Below are positions 10,038 to 19,992 of a DNA stretch of 64,000 nucleotides, in pieces (positions within the stretch are counted from its first letter, which is position 1; each line of letters opens with the position of its first letter). A program made the position numbers and the translations under genes. Under the pieces are notes generated by a model, which was given only the letters and a program-made list of their open reading frames with translations, searched no databases and was not told where the DNA came from. The DNA is from an uncultured Oxalobacteraceae bacterium (GTDB lineage: Bacteria; Pseudomonadota; Gammaproteobacteria; Burkholderiales; Burkholderiaceae_D): the NCBI GenBank assembly GCA_903862415.1, contig CAIOYD010000077.1:60454-124453 (forward strand). Reading direction: 5' to 3'.

Positions 10038-10047
10038 TCGAGTATTT

Positions 10048-10887
10048 TCAGTTAAATTCCAAAGCAATCACATTTTTATCAGTGCCATTCCGGCGCTGTC
10101 CCAACAAATTCAATAAATTGGCCAGACGGTCTTCCTGTCCCTGCGCGGCTTCTGCCTGTCCGCTGAAGTGTAAATGCCCCTCATTGAGGGCACCTCTGCC
10201 ACTGAGCAGCATCGGCCCCTGCAGGGTTTTCAACTCCAGTGTCGCCTTCTGACCATGCCAGAGCATAGCCATTTCATACGAACCCAGTGGCTTGACCGGT
10301 GACAGCGCCGAAGCCATGTTTTGCATACTGAGCTTCATGCTGCCTTCAACTTCGGCCTTGCCATCCACGAGTGTCAGCGCCAGTACATTCCAGCTCAAGG
10401 TCACTTCACCTGCCGGACGCAGAGTATTTAATGGCGCCCCAAGTCCGCTCAGACGTTCGGCCGGCAAGAGCAACCCACCCGGATTGATCTGAATATGGTG
10501 CAGGTTGCCGGTTATATTCAAGGGCTGCAACAAAGCGGCACTGTTTTCACAATTCAATTCAATTTGCCCCAATAACAAAATCGGCGATACATGCCAGACA
10601 AAACGTCCTGGCAATAACGGCGTGAGTTCGGCATTTTTATTGGCCGCCACGCCGATAAAGGCCGAACCATTCCAGATACTTCCCTGCGCATCACCGAGGG
10701 CAAAACGTCCTTCGGTCTGGTACTCCAGCAAAGCACTTAACCAGACAGCCGGAGCAAAGGCAAGTATCGTCAGCAACATGCACAGCAGCCCTGCCACAAT
10801 AAAGGCCAGCAGAGTTTTGAGCGACAGACCGGATGATGCGTCTGCCGCACTGGCCGACAGATTGCTGCGTTTCGGTAGCAATGTCAT
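10048..10887 (-). CDS. gspN: Type II secretion system protein GspN
   Basis: It is a 279-aa protein with a single N-terminal TM. It lies between gspM and gspD, the usual gspN slot in beta-type gsp operons. Confidence 0.6.
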   Translation of the reverse strand: MTLLPKRSNLSASAADASSGLSLKTLLAFIVAGLLCMLLTILAFAPAVWLSALLEYQTEGRFALGDAQGSIWNGSAFIGVAANKNAELTPLLPGRFVWHVSPILLLGQIELNCENSAALLQPLNITGNLHHIQINPGGLLLPAERLSGLGAPLNTLRPAGEVTLSWNVLALTLVDGKAEVEGSMKLSMQNMASALSPVKPLGSYEMAMLWHGQKATLELKTLQGPMLLSGRGALNEGHLHFSGQAEAAQGQEDRLANLLNLLGQRRNGTDKNVIALEFN

Positions 10888-10929
10888 TGTTTGCCCGCTT
10901 TAATCACGTAGCTGACCTTGTTCATCGCA

Positions 10930-11433
10930 TTAATTGCCACTGTTTACCTGACGCAACACCAGATTGACGCTGATTAAGCCTTGTTCCAAGCCGATGATTT
11001 TGATGTCTTCAACAAACAGTGCGCTGCTTTTTTGCACTTCCAGCAACCAGGTTTGCAGTGAGACCATCGAGGCTGAACTGATCTGCACCCGAACCACGCC
11101 ATCGCTGACCGACAGTGACTGTGACTTCAAACCATTGTGGGTCATCCCGGCGTCGATCAATTCACGAGTCACTTCGTGACGATTTTCGGTGCCGGGAATG
11201 GCGGCCAGTTGTTGGGCATATTGCTGCATTTCTGCGGCCTGCTGGTGCAACTGTGGCAGCGAACGAGAAAGTTCTTCACGACCGGTCCAGGCCGGATCAA
11301 TGGCCAGCAAATAAATGAGTGTGAGCACGACAAAACCGGCGGCCACCTGCAAATACTGCCGTTCACGCGGCTGACGTGCATCCCAGAACTGGTTTAAGGA
11401 CTCTGCCAACAGCATTCTGAATGATGGTTTCAT
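10930..11433 (-). CDS. gspM: Type II secretion system protein GspM
   Basis: It is a 167-aa bitopic protein. Its start overlaps the gspL stop (ATGA), and its size and position are typical for GspM. Confidence 0.7.
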   Translation of the reverse strand: MKPSFRMLLAESLNQFWDARQPRERQYLQVAAGFVVLTLIYLLAIDPAWTGREELSRSLPQLHQQAAEMQQYAQQLAAIPGTENRHEVTRELIDAGMTHNGLKSQSLSVSDGVVRVQISSASMVSLQTWLLEVQKSSALFVEDIKIIGLEQGLISVNLVLRQVNSGN

Positions 11434-12659
11434 TTCGCCACCCTCACCTGCCAGATATCCGCATTGGTTTTTTTCAACATGAGTCCTTTGGCTGACAGAG
11501 CCATTTGCAGCGGCTGCTGCGGCAATTCGCCTTTGACCTGCAAAAGCAAGCCATGGTCTTTGTATTCAATCGAAACCAGTTTGGGTAACTGGTTTGCGGG
11601 CAGTGATGTCCAGGCAGAACCAAATTCACTCAACAGCAGGGTGAAGTCGCTGCTGCTGGACTGCCCGGCATTGCGCTGTGCCAGTCCGAGATTTTTTTTC
11701 ATTTGTTCGAGCGGAAATAAAATCACGGTTTCTTTGGGAAAGCTGGATTTAAACGTTTGTTCCATACTGAGTTTGAGCGCACGTGCTTCACGTTTCATGA
11801 CCCAGTATTCACTGTTGAGGCCGATAATGTTGAGCAACAACACCAATACGGCCAGGGTCAGCGGCCAGCGCCAGGTTTGCCACTGAATCCGGTTGGTTTG
11901 CGCCTGCGTTAAGCCAGCCATTAAATTGATGCCGACGGTTTTGGTCGCCTGCAACGTCACTGGCCAGGCGTCTGCCTGCACTTCCACACGTGCGGCCCAT
12001 TCCGGGTCAACAGCAATGGCCTGTTGATAACTGCCGAGTTGATCTGCCTGCACGATCAGCAACACGGACTCTGCAGGAAGCAGCATCATGACAGCGGCCA
12101 GTTGACTGCTCACTTCGTCATGGGCTTCGACTAACCAACCGGTACCGAGATCCTGTGCCGTGCGCATGGAAAAACTGCCACAGCCATCCTGGGTTGTCAG
12201 GCAAACGGTGACGCGTCCCTCAGCCCAGGGCAAACAGAGTTGTGCCGGCAGAGCTTTAATCTGGCTCGCGCCCAAAGCAAACAGACTGGTGGCCAATTGC
12301 TGCAACCAGCCTCGCTGAGCAATGGCGATGCTGCGCAGATGGGCCGTGGTTTCTTTGCCTGACACCACAATGACGCTCTCGGCGACATCGCCCATTAACT
12401 GCTCTTCGACCAGCGTCGGCAGAGCCAGTTTCAGTTTTGCTTCCGTCATAGGCGGAATGGTCAAGCCCAGCAGCGTGACATCAGCAGCCGCAATCAACAG
12501 CACTACAGTAGCACCAGCGATGCTGGGCGCCAGAGCCGACAGTTGGCTCTGTCCTGAATGCGACAGGGCGCCATCGGCCGCGCACAGTGCATAGGCAACG
12601 GATTGATGTGGCCAGGTGGCAGTATGTTGCGCCGGAATACGTAAATACAGTGTGTCCAA
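11430..12659 (-). CDS. gspL: Type II secretion system protein GspL
   Basis: The 409-aa protein has a cytoplasmic domain, one TM (WRWPLTLAVLVLLLNIIGL) and a periplasmic domain. It has a TTG start and sits between gspK and gspM. Confidence 0.75.
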   Translation of the reverse strand: MDTLYLRIPAQHTATWPHQSVAYALCAADGALSHSGQSQLSALAPSIAGATVVLLIAAADVTLLGLTIPPMTEAKLKLALPTLVEEQLMGDVAESVIVVSGKETTAHLRSIAIAQRGWLQQLATSLFALGASQIKALPAQLCLPWAEGRVTVCLTTQDGCGSFSMRTAQDLGTGWLVEAHDEVSSQLAAVMMLLPAESVLLIVQADQLGSYQQAIAVDPEWAARVEVQADAWPVTLQATKTVGINLMAGLTQAQTNRIQWQTWRWPLTLAVLVLLLNIIGLNSEYWVMKREARALKLSMEQTFKSSFPKETVILFPLEQMKKNLGLAQRNAGQSSSSDFTLLLSEFGSAWTSLPANQLPKLVSIEYKDHGLLLQVKGELPQQPLQMALSAKGLMLKKTNADIWQVRVAK

Positions 12660-12719
12660 GATAGTGGTTCTTTAAATTATTAATTCACGTTGTATGGGCA
12701 GTACGTTTAAGGCGACAGT

Positions 12720-13706
12720 TCAATTATTTCTGATCCAGACTATCCGGGTATTACCTGACACCGGGGTGCGCTCTATCAGGGCATCCACTTCCAGCGCAGA
12801 ACGATCGAGCTTCACTTTTCCATGCACAATAAAATAATTGGTCTGGGTACTCACTACCGTTTCATACGGAACCGGCACCTTGGCATAGGTCCAGCGCGAC
12901 TTGAAATCCGACATATCCCTGAAATAGGCACGATCCCGGCTTGTGACTATTTGCTGTGCGTCTGACAATGAGATGTCAGCAATTCTAGCTGAAATCACCT
13001 CGGCCGATGCCGTATTTATATTGATCGGTGTCGCTATTGGTAAAAAAACAACCAAGTCTTTTAATTTTGCCACCGTTTCCGGGGTAAATCCGGGCAAGGC
13101 CAGCAAATCATCGACTTGCGTGAGAGCAAGAATTTTAGCACCGATCGCGTCGCTGGTAACACTGCCATCCTGATTTAGTTCAGCTGCCTTAGCCTGCGTC
13201 GACGCCACCAGCGTGGCTGTGGCCGCGGCGAGTTGGGTATCGATACCCTCTGTACTGAGCAGTCGCTCAAAGGCGGCCTGCATTTTGGGGTCCACGATGC
13301 CACCGGCGGCCAGACCGGTTAAATTCAGCCGTGACTGGGCATCGATGATAAAACCGGACAGCGTGGCGTCAGCTGTGTCTTCGCTACCGTTTTGGTTATC
13401 CACATATTGATTCAGACTGGTATCGGCCAAGGCCACTGACCATGGTTCACCCAGATAATCGACCTGATTGACGCGCGCATCTTCGCGCAAAATCAGTCGC
13501 GCCCAATCGAGCGCACCGCGAATAATCCATTGCTTCTGTAATTGATAACGCTGATTTTCTATCGAGCGCACCTGAATATTTTGCTGGCCGAACAAACTCA
13601 TCACCAGGGTAATGGCGAGCGCCGCGAGCAGCAACGCGGTCACAATGGCCACGCCTTTTTGTCTGGCAACGGGTTGAATGGGTTGATGACCGGCAGGCAT
13701 GTTCAT
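12720..13706 (-). CDS. gspK: Type II secretion system minor pseudopilin GspK
   Basis: It has the hydrophobic N-terminus QKGVAIVTALLLAALAITLV and the GspK-typical NINTASAEVI motif. It overlaps the gspJ stop by 4 nt. Confidence 0.85.
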   Translation of the reverse strand: MNMPAGHQPIQPVARQKGVAIVTALLLAALAITLVMSLFGQQNIQVRSIENQRYQLQKQWIIRGALDWARLILREDARVNQVDYLGEPWSVALADTSLNQYVDNQNGSEDTADATLSGFIIDAQSRLNLTGLAAGGIVDPKMQAAFERLLSTEGIDTQLAAATATLVASTQAKAAELNQDGSVTSDAIGAKILALTQVDDLLALPGFTPETVAKLKDLVVFLPIATPININTASAEVISARIADISLSDAQQIVTSRDRAYFRDMSDFKSRWTYAKVPVPYETVVSTQTNYFIVHGKVKLDRSALEVDALIERTPVSGNTRIVWIRNN

Positions 13707-14359
13707 GCGCCACCCAGAATAAAAATTTTCGTCATCGGTTTATCGTGATTTTTCAGTTGCAAGATCACCTGCAAACCGGTGGTGACATTAGACTGATTGA
13801 CATTTTGCACCCCGACCGCCTGGCTCGGCGGCGGATTGAGATTCGCCGACGCGGTCAGCGAGCTTAGCGGCCAGCCGGAAAACAGCAGACTTTGCAGGTT
13901 TTTTTGCATCACCACTTCTACCTGATCGTCAGGTGGATTGCGCGCCTGCAGCAACAACTGCGTAAGCACCTTCAGATCGTGGGTGGTGATCGATTCAAAC
14001 CGGGTTAAATTGGCGTTATTCAGACGATACGTCACCACCTGCATGGCGGGAGCCTGATTGTCGGGAAAGACATTGCGGATCAAAATCAGGCGTTCAGGCT
14101 CAATCCAGCTCGAACGTCCTTCAGGCAGATTGGGATAATTCAGCGGATTCACATTTTGTGTGCAATCGCTTTGCAACTGCGCAAAAGTCAGTTGCAGGCC
14201 ACGGGTTTGTTCGAGCTCCGCCGTCAGACTTTCGCGGCTGCGCACGATGCTGTCCAGACCACGCCATCCGAGTACAGCCACGATCGCCAGAATACTGATG
14301 GCGACGAGCAGCTCCACCAGAGTAAAGCCACCGCGCCGGGTTAAGGGTTTATAAGGCAT
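13703..14359 (-). CDS. gspJ: Type II secretion system minor pseudopilin GspJ
   Basis: It has the prepilin motif RRGGFTLVELLVAISILAIVAV. I chose the ATG at 14359. Confidence 0.85.
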   Translation of the reverse strand: MPYKPLTRRGGFTLVELLVAISILAIVAVLGWRGLDSIVRSRESLTAELEQTRGLQLTFAQLQSDCTQNVNPLNYPNLPEGRSSWIEPERLILIRNVFPDNQAPAMQVVTYRLNNANLTRFESITTHDLKVLTQLLLQARNPPDDQVEVVMQKNLQSLLFSGWPLSSLTASANLNPPPSQAVGVQNVNQSNVTTGLQVILQLKNHDKPMTKIFILGGA

Positions 14360-14732
14360 TGGGTACAATCTGGGAAAGTTTGATAATCTGGCGATCCGGG
14401 AAACGCTCATCCATAACGATGACTTCTACCCGCCGGAAAGACGGATTCGGGGTCGCATACACATCCTGCTGGCAAATAAAGGGTAAATCATCTTGCGGGC
14501 AGGGAAAATTACTGCGTCCGATATCAGGAAATTCTTTGACCAGACGAATTTGCGACAGGCGGTTTTCAGCCGACCAGGTGGCCATCATCGCCGCACGCAG
14601 GTGGTCACTGTTTTTACTCAGACTGCCGATGGCGCGCAGACTTGCACCCAAGGCCACGCCGACGATCACCAGTGCAACCAGCACTTCAAGCAGGGTAAAA
14701 CCCTGTGATTGTTGTCCATTTAGACGCAGCAC
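14349..14732 (-). CDS. gspI: Type II secretion system minor pseudopilin GspI
   Basis: It has the prepilin motif SQGFTLLEVLVALVIVGV and is 127 aa long. Confidence 0.85.
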   Translation of the reverse strand: MLRLNGQQSQGFTLLEVLVALVIVGVALGASLRAIGSLSKNSDHLRAAMMATWSAENRLSQIRLVKEFPDIGRSNFPCPQDDLPFICQQDVYATPNPSFRRVEVIVMDERFPDRQIIKLSQIVPNAL

Positions 14733-14744
14733 GCAGGCCTCCGA

Positions 14745-15212
14745 TTATTCAACAACAAAATGCCCCAGACCATCGGCCTGTATCGCTACACGGGCATCTT
14801 CATAAGACAGCACCAGAGTAAACGGTTTATCGACCGGCTCGCGGCCAAAGATAATTTTCAGCGGCAGAGCCACATCGGCATTACCCGGCTGCATGCTGAT
14901 GATGAGCGGCGAGTTTTTGAATTGACGTTCACGAAATAAATCACTATCGGTGAGCAGCTGCCATTCTTTATCGGATTTAACGTAAAAGCGGAAACCCTGA
15001 CTGTCGAGCTCAAATGCCACCGGACGATTGCGCACAATGGCTTCTTCGCGCGCGAGTTGCAACAACAGTGCTACCCGCTGACCGTCTTTAAGCAAGGTCT
15101 GACGTCGGTCCGGTATGGCATTCATGCTGACCATGCCGAGCATGATCCCCATCACCACCATCACCACGAGCAACTCCAGTAAAGTAAAGCCGCGCTGACG
15201 TCGGGCCGACAT
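14745..15212 (-). CDS. gspH: Type II secretion system minor pseudopilin GspH
   Basis: It has the prepilin leader MSARRQRGFTLLELLVVMVVMGIM. I chose the ATG at 15212; the ORF-track start at 15230 is GTG. Confidence 0.85.
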   Translation of the reverse strand: MSARRQRGFTLLELLVVMVVMGIMLGMVSMNAIPDRRQTLLKDGQRVALLLQLAREEAIVRNRPVAFELDSQGFRFYVKSDKEWQLLTDSDLFRERQFKNSPLIISMQPGNADVALPLKIIFGREPVDKPFTLVLSYEDARVAIQADGLGHFVVE

Positions 15213-15229
15213 TGCTGTCACCAACTGCA

Positions 15230-15691
15230 CTACAGATCCCAGGAACCGATATCTGCATTGATGCCTTCACCACCCGGCTGACCATCGGCACCGTAGGAAA
15301 AGACATCGAATTCACCGCGTATGCCGGGATTGAGGTATTGATATGGATTGCCCCAGGGATCTTTAGGAATTTTTTCCAGATAACCATCGGTTTTCCAGCC
15401 ATTCGCAGCCGGTCCGGCAGTGGGCTTGACTACCAGTGCCTGCAGGCCCTGTTCGGTGGTGGGATAACGTTGATTGTCGAGTTTATACAAAATCAACTGC
15501 TGCTTGATATTGGCAATATCCTGCTTGGCCGCGGCAATTTTGGCCGTATCGGTATGTCCAACCAGTTTAGGCACCACGACGGCCGCCATAATGCCCAGAA
15601 TAGCGATTACCACCATGATTTCAATCAGGGTAAAACCACGGACCATGGCATGGTGCGAGCGCTGACGAAAAGAAACAAGTGAGTTTTGCAT
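15230..15691 (-). CDS. gspG: Type II secretion system major pseudopilin GspG
   Basis: It has RGFTLIEIMVVIAILGIMAAVVVPK and the GspG signature GYLEKIPKDPWGNPYQY. It is the first gene of the operon. Confidence 0.92.
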   Translation of the reverse strand: MQNSLVSFRQRSHHAMVRGFTLIEIMVVIAILGIMAAVVVPKLVGHTDTAKIAAAKQDIANIKQQLILYKLDNQRYPTTEQGLQALVVKPTAGPAANGWKTDGYLEKIPKDPWGNPYQYLNPGIRGEFDVFSYGADGQPGGEGINADIGSWDL

Positions 15692-15809
15692 AGCAATGCA
15701 GCCAATAAAAGAAGAAGGTTTTATTGTATTGCATTTAAAATAGAAATTGTAAAAATGATCAAAGGAAGTGTACTCATTTCGATCAGGAAATTAATTTCCA
15801 GGCAATAAA

Positions 15810-17732
15810 CTAGTTACGATCACCACGGCGCTGCACGCCAGACAAGATGGTGAACCAGAATACCGAACCCTTGCCCAATTCACTTTCATAGCCAATTTCC
15901 CCGCCCATTTTTTCGACCAGACTCTGGGTAATATTCAAACCCAGACCGGTGCCACCCTGTCGACGAGTATCTCCGTCGTCAGCCTGGGCAAATTTGCGGA
16001 AGATCCTGCTCTTGAAATTATCAGCAATACCGTGACCATGATCCTGCACCTCCACCCGGAAAACGCCATCGCTTTCAAACAGCTTGATTTCGACTTCACC
16101 ACCGGGCAGAGAAAATTTGGCCGCATTCGAGAGTAAATTGGCAAACACCTGCATAAGCCGGTTACTGTCACCCATAGCCCAGGCCTGCTCAGGATGTTGA
16201 TCAAAACGGAAAGTCACGTCATACGAGTGCGCGTAAGCGGCATTGGCTTCCATCGATTGCAAAGCCAGCGCCACCAGATTGACGCGCTCTATATTAATCA
16301 CCATTTTGCCATTGGCGAGCTTTTCCATATCGAGCAAATCGTTGACCAGAATGCCGAGCCGCTGACTGTTTTTAAAGGCAATCCGTACCAGATTCAACAC
16401 ATTAGGCAACAGCGGACCACAGACACCGCTTTCGAGCAAGCCGAGGGAACCATGGATAGAAGTCAGCGGGGTACGCAATTCATGACTGACCATGGAAATA
16501 AAGTCGGATTTAATCTGATCCGATTCGCGCTGCTTGGTCAGATCGAGTACAAAACCGACCCACTCCGTGGTCGAACCTTCGAGTTGCGCCAGTCCCACCA
16601 TGCAGGGAATCAACTTCCCTTCACTGACAATTAATTCCACCTCAAACGGCAACGACTGCCCGTGCAGTTTCAACTCCGTCAGTGCCTGCTGGTACAGTGG
16701 CTGTGTTTCACTGGAAATCAGCCGGTGCCAGTCGAGTCCTTCGTCAAAGAAAGTCTGACGGCTAAGGCCCAGCACCTGCAACAGCACATCATTGGCTTCG
16801 GTAATGCTGCCTGCCATGTCACCTTGCATAATTCCGATCAGACTGGAATTGAATAAGCGCCGCAAACGCGATTCACTCATTTGCAGGGCTTCGAGCATGC
16901 TGGATTTTTCCAGACTGGCCTGCTCGGCAATATCACGTGCGGCCAGCAAATCGGTTTCGATTTTTTTCATCGAGGTAATGTCACGTACGCTGAATACCCG
17001 GCCAATCAAGGTGTCGCGCACAAATTCAGGTTTTGAGACGCAGATAAAAAAGCGCCCATCTTCAAGCGAGAGAAAATCTTCGGTTTCCAGATGCGGCTCC
17101 AGCTGCGCCCGTTCCAGACTGGCGGAGATATCACTGCCATCGAGCAGACATGCGAGGATATGATCCCACATACGGTTTTCATCGCGCTCGATCAAAAATG
17201 ATTCCGGCAAATCCCACATCAGCGCAAAGCGACGGTTCATATTGATGATATGCCCGAATAAATCCACCGCCAGAATACCTTCGGCCGTGGACTCGAGCGA
17301 ACTTTGCAGCTGCGACACCAAATGCAGCTGTTGCTGCTCCACCTCGCGGTTGCGGGTCAGATCTTCGGCATGAATAATCCAGTAATGTTGACCATTCTCG
17401 CTATAGCTGGAGACCTTTTTTTCCACATGAAAGGAACTGCCATCGATGCGCATCCACTCCGTCTGAGCAATCCGGTAACCGTCAAACACCGGTGTATGAC
17501 ACAATTCTTCCCAGAAAAATACATCCAGCAACGAACACTCCACCCCGGAAAGCGCTTTGCCCCTGAGTTCCGACGGTATATAGCCGAGCATCTGCGCGGC
17601 ATTCAGATTCACATCCAGCAGCGACAGAGTTGCCACATCGACGACCATCACAGCTTCACGTACGTGATCAATGATGTGTCGCAACAGGCCAATATTGGCA
17701 CCGGCAGTCACAGTGAGGTTAAGGTTTTCCAT
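15810..17732 (-). CDS. Cytoplasmic multi-PAS sensor histidine kinase
   Basis: It has the H-box SHELRTPLTS and N/G boxes (LLSNAAKF, GGTGLGLNI). The N-terminal 400 aa contain several PAS-like repeats. I see no TM segments. Confidence 0.88.
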   Translation of the reverse strand: MENLNLTVTAGANIGLLRHIIDHVREAVMVVDVATLSLLDVNLNAAQMLGYIPSELRGKALSGVECSLLDVFFWEELCHTPVFDGYRIAQTEWMRIDGSSFHVEKKVSSYSENGQHYWIIHAEDLTRNREVEQQQLHLVSQLQSSLESTAEGILAVDLFGHIINMNRRFALMWDLPESFLIERDENRMWDHILACLLDGSDISASLERAQLEPHLETEDFLSLEDGRFFICVSKPEFVRDTLIGRVFSVRDITSMKKIETDLLAARDIAEQASLEKSSMLEALQMSESRLRRLFNSSLIGIMQGDMAGSITEANDVLLQVLGLSRQTFFDEGLDWHRLISSETQPLYQQALTELKLHGQSLPFEVELIVSEGKLIPCMVGLAQLEGSTTEWVGFVLDLTKQRESDQIKSDFISMVSHELRTPLTSIHGSLGLLESGVCGPLLPNVLNLVRIAFKNSQRLGILVNDLLDMEKLANGKMVINIERVNLVALALQSMEANAAYAHSYDVTFRFDQHPEQAWAMGDSNRLMQVFANLLSNAAKFSLPGGEVEIKLFESDGVFRVEVQDHGHGIADNFKSRIFRKFAQADDGDTRRQGGTGLGLNITQSLVEKMGGEIGYESELGKGSVFWFTILSGVQRRGDRN

Positions 17733-17736
17733 TCAG

Positions 17737-19044
17737 CTACCCTCTGCTGGCCACAGCGGCGTTGGGTGGGGCATTTTTTGATTTGGAATCGACATAATAA
17801 TTAATTCGTTTGCGCGGATTGAGGTAATCAAAAATCGCCCTCGGCAACAGACCCGGACGAATACTGCCATTAATACCTAACTCCTTGCTTTCAACCGACA
17901 GGTCAAGAATGATGGCATCTTCCTTGGGAATTTCTTCGTCATACACCAGAATCCGTGGCCGTAATGGCATACCGACATTCACATTCATCACCAGACCAAC
18001 CGCGTCATTGGAAAGTCGTACCAGCGTACCCGGTGGATAGACTCCCAGGCTTTTCACCAGCGTGGCCATGGCCAGCGGATCAAACTGCGCGCGCCGGTGG
18101 GCATACATCAGAGAGAGCGCTTCATGCGGCGTGATCGACTGATTTGGATCGATGTGATTACACAGATTGTCATACACATTGGCAATCGTCACGATGCGGG
18201 TCAGCATGTCGATGGCCTCACCTTTGAGCTTATTGGGAAAGCCGCTGCCATCCATGAATTCGTGATGACGGGAAATCACATCCAGAATCGCCTTCTCCAT
18301 ACCGGCTTTTGTGCCGACATCAATACCATACTGGGTATGCAGCTCGAAAATATTCTGTTCTGGCTTACTCAGTGGCGTGGTTTTTTTGTTGATGTGGTCG
18401 GGAATATTCACCTTACCCAAATCATGAAACAGCGCCGCAATCCCAATGGTTTTAATTTGCTCTTGGGTGCATTTCATTTCATGCGCCAGCATCATCGCCA
18501 GGACCGAAACATTGAGGGCATGAAAATACAGCTCTTCACTGCCCTCAGTTTGCTGTATCAAATGCATGATGGCGTCATTACCGGTTAAAAACACGTCGGC
18601 AATGCTGTCGATTAATTTGCCGGCTTCCTGCAAAGTCAGTTTGGGTTGGGAAAAAATCATTTTATTGATATTTTTTACTACCGCCGACGCCTGCACGAAT
18701 TTGGCTTCGCAGCGAGCGATTTCTGCACGTTGTTGCTGCAATTTTTCAAAGCGGGCTTTTTTGGCTTCAATGATGCTGTCAAAAACTTGCCCGCCTGATA
18801 CCGCTTCATTCGATGACGATGCGACAGGTGCTGGCGACGAAGCGCGCAAGGCAACCGGATCGGTTTTGGCCGGGATGTAGCGGATTTGCTTCAGCTTGAG
18901 GTTATACAAATCCTGAATCTGCTGCTCACTGGTGATTTTGAACGAACTCATCGGAAAGGAATGCTGAAACCAGTTCAAATCGAGCTTGATAAACATGCCG
19001 ATTTTGACCTGATCTATAGGAATGAGTTTGGTTGCTTCAGCCAT
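17737..19044 (-). CDS. HD-GYP domain protein (putative c-di-GMP phosphodiesterase), paralogue of 2256..3515
   Basis: Motifs are HDLGKVNIP and HHEFMDGSGFPN. It has the DUF3391-like N-terminus IPIDQVKIGMFIKLD. Its stop lies 4 nt before the histidine kinase start. Confidence 0.85.
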   Translation of the reverse strand: MAEATKLIPIDQVKIGMFIKLDLNWFQHSFPMSSFKITSEQQIQDLYNLKLKQIRYIPAKTDPVALRASSPAPVASSSNEAVSGGQVFDSIIEAKKARFEKLQQQRAEIARCEAKFVQASAVVKNINKMIFSQPKLTLQEAGKLIDSIADVFLTGNDAIMHLIQQTEGSEELYFHALNVSVLAMMLAHEMKCTQEQIKTIGIAALFHDLGKVNIPDHINKKTTPLSKPEQNIFELHTQYGIDVGTKAGMEKAILDVISRHHEFMDGSGFPNKLKGEAIDMLTRIVTIANVYDNLCNHIDPNQSITPHEALSLMYAHRRAQFDPLAMATLVKSLGVYPPGTLVRLSNDAVGLVMNVNVGMPLRPRILVYDEEIPKEDAIILDLSVESKELGINGSIRPGLLPRAIFDYLNPRKRINYYVDSKSKNAPPNAAVASRG

Positions 19045-19530
19045 ATTCCGGAATGAACAAAATACCTGTAAGGATGGATTATTTTAATCGGACTAACACA
19101 AAAAACCAGACTCTTGCCTGGCATCCTTTTAGTTGTAGTCGATTTATCTACCTTGTACCAGTTCAATGTGGCTGAACATCCTGAAAAAGCACGGCAAAGT
19201 GCTTGTCAGAATAAAATGACATGATTTTTGCTCAACAAATGATGCATCCCACTTAACAATTTATCTGGCAAATGCAGCAACCAACTGACTGCAACGACTG
19301 CACACACGAGATGGTGGCGAATGTCAATTACACTGTCATTTACTGGGTTTTAAAGCAAACGGTTGAGATTTTAAGCATCAAACATTCCGCTAAAAAATGG
19401 CCAACAACCTAAATAGTCAGAACTGTATTTTTTCCCCAAAATAAATGATTCCCATAGATTTCATATTAATTGCAAAATTTATGCCTATAAGTTACAATTA
19501 AAATTATTAAATAATAGCTATGGGTTTCAA

Positions 19531-19992
19531 ATGAATAAGAGACTTGAAGATCTGCAACGCTATCAACTCGATCAGGTACTGGCCCGATGGCGCAATGCTG
19601 ACTTACCGTCACGACCACCTTACGGTTGGGTCAGGGCAATACGTGACGCCCTCGGTTTAAGCGCGTCAGCATTTGCTCGTCGTCTGGGTATGAGTCATGC
19701 TGGAGTACGCAAGCTGGAATTGGCGGAAGCTGGCGATGCAATTACTTTAGCCAGCTTGCGCAAGCTGGCAAATGCGCTGGATTGTGAACTGCAATATGCA
19801 CTTGTCCCGAGAACGTCATTAGACGCAATGTTAACCAGCCGTGCACGCCAGGTTGCAGGTGAGCGAATCAACCCGGTTGCGCACTCAATGGCACTGGAGG
19901 ATCAATCGACTGATGTCGCAATGAATAAGGTTCAGTTGGAATTGTTGGTCAAAGAAATTCTTGCCGGCTCGCGAAGAGAACTTTGGGAATGA
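19531..19992 (+). CDS. Mobile mystery protein A (XRE-type HTH protein)
   Basis: It is 153 aa with the HTH GLSASAFARRLGMSHAGVRKLE. Its stop overlaps (ATGA) the start of the Fic-family partner. Size and pairing fit the TIGRFAM 'mobile mystery protein A/B' pair. Confidence 0.7.
   Translation: MNKRLEDLQRYQLDQVLARWRNADLPSRPPYGWVRAIRDALGLSASAFARRLGMSHAGVRKLELAEAGDAITLASLRKLANALDCELQYALVPRTSLDAMLTSRARQVAGERINPVAHSMALEDQSTDVAMNKVQLELLVKEILAGSRRELWE

Noticed and set aside
15786-15799. The perfect palindrome GGAAATTAATTTCC between the histidine kinase stop and gspG.
   Set aside because: It is too short and AT-rich to be a convincing terminator (5-bp stem), and it has no flanking U-tract. It could be chance in an AT-rich spacer. 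I have not annotated it as a feature.
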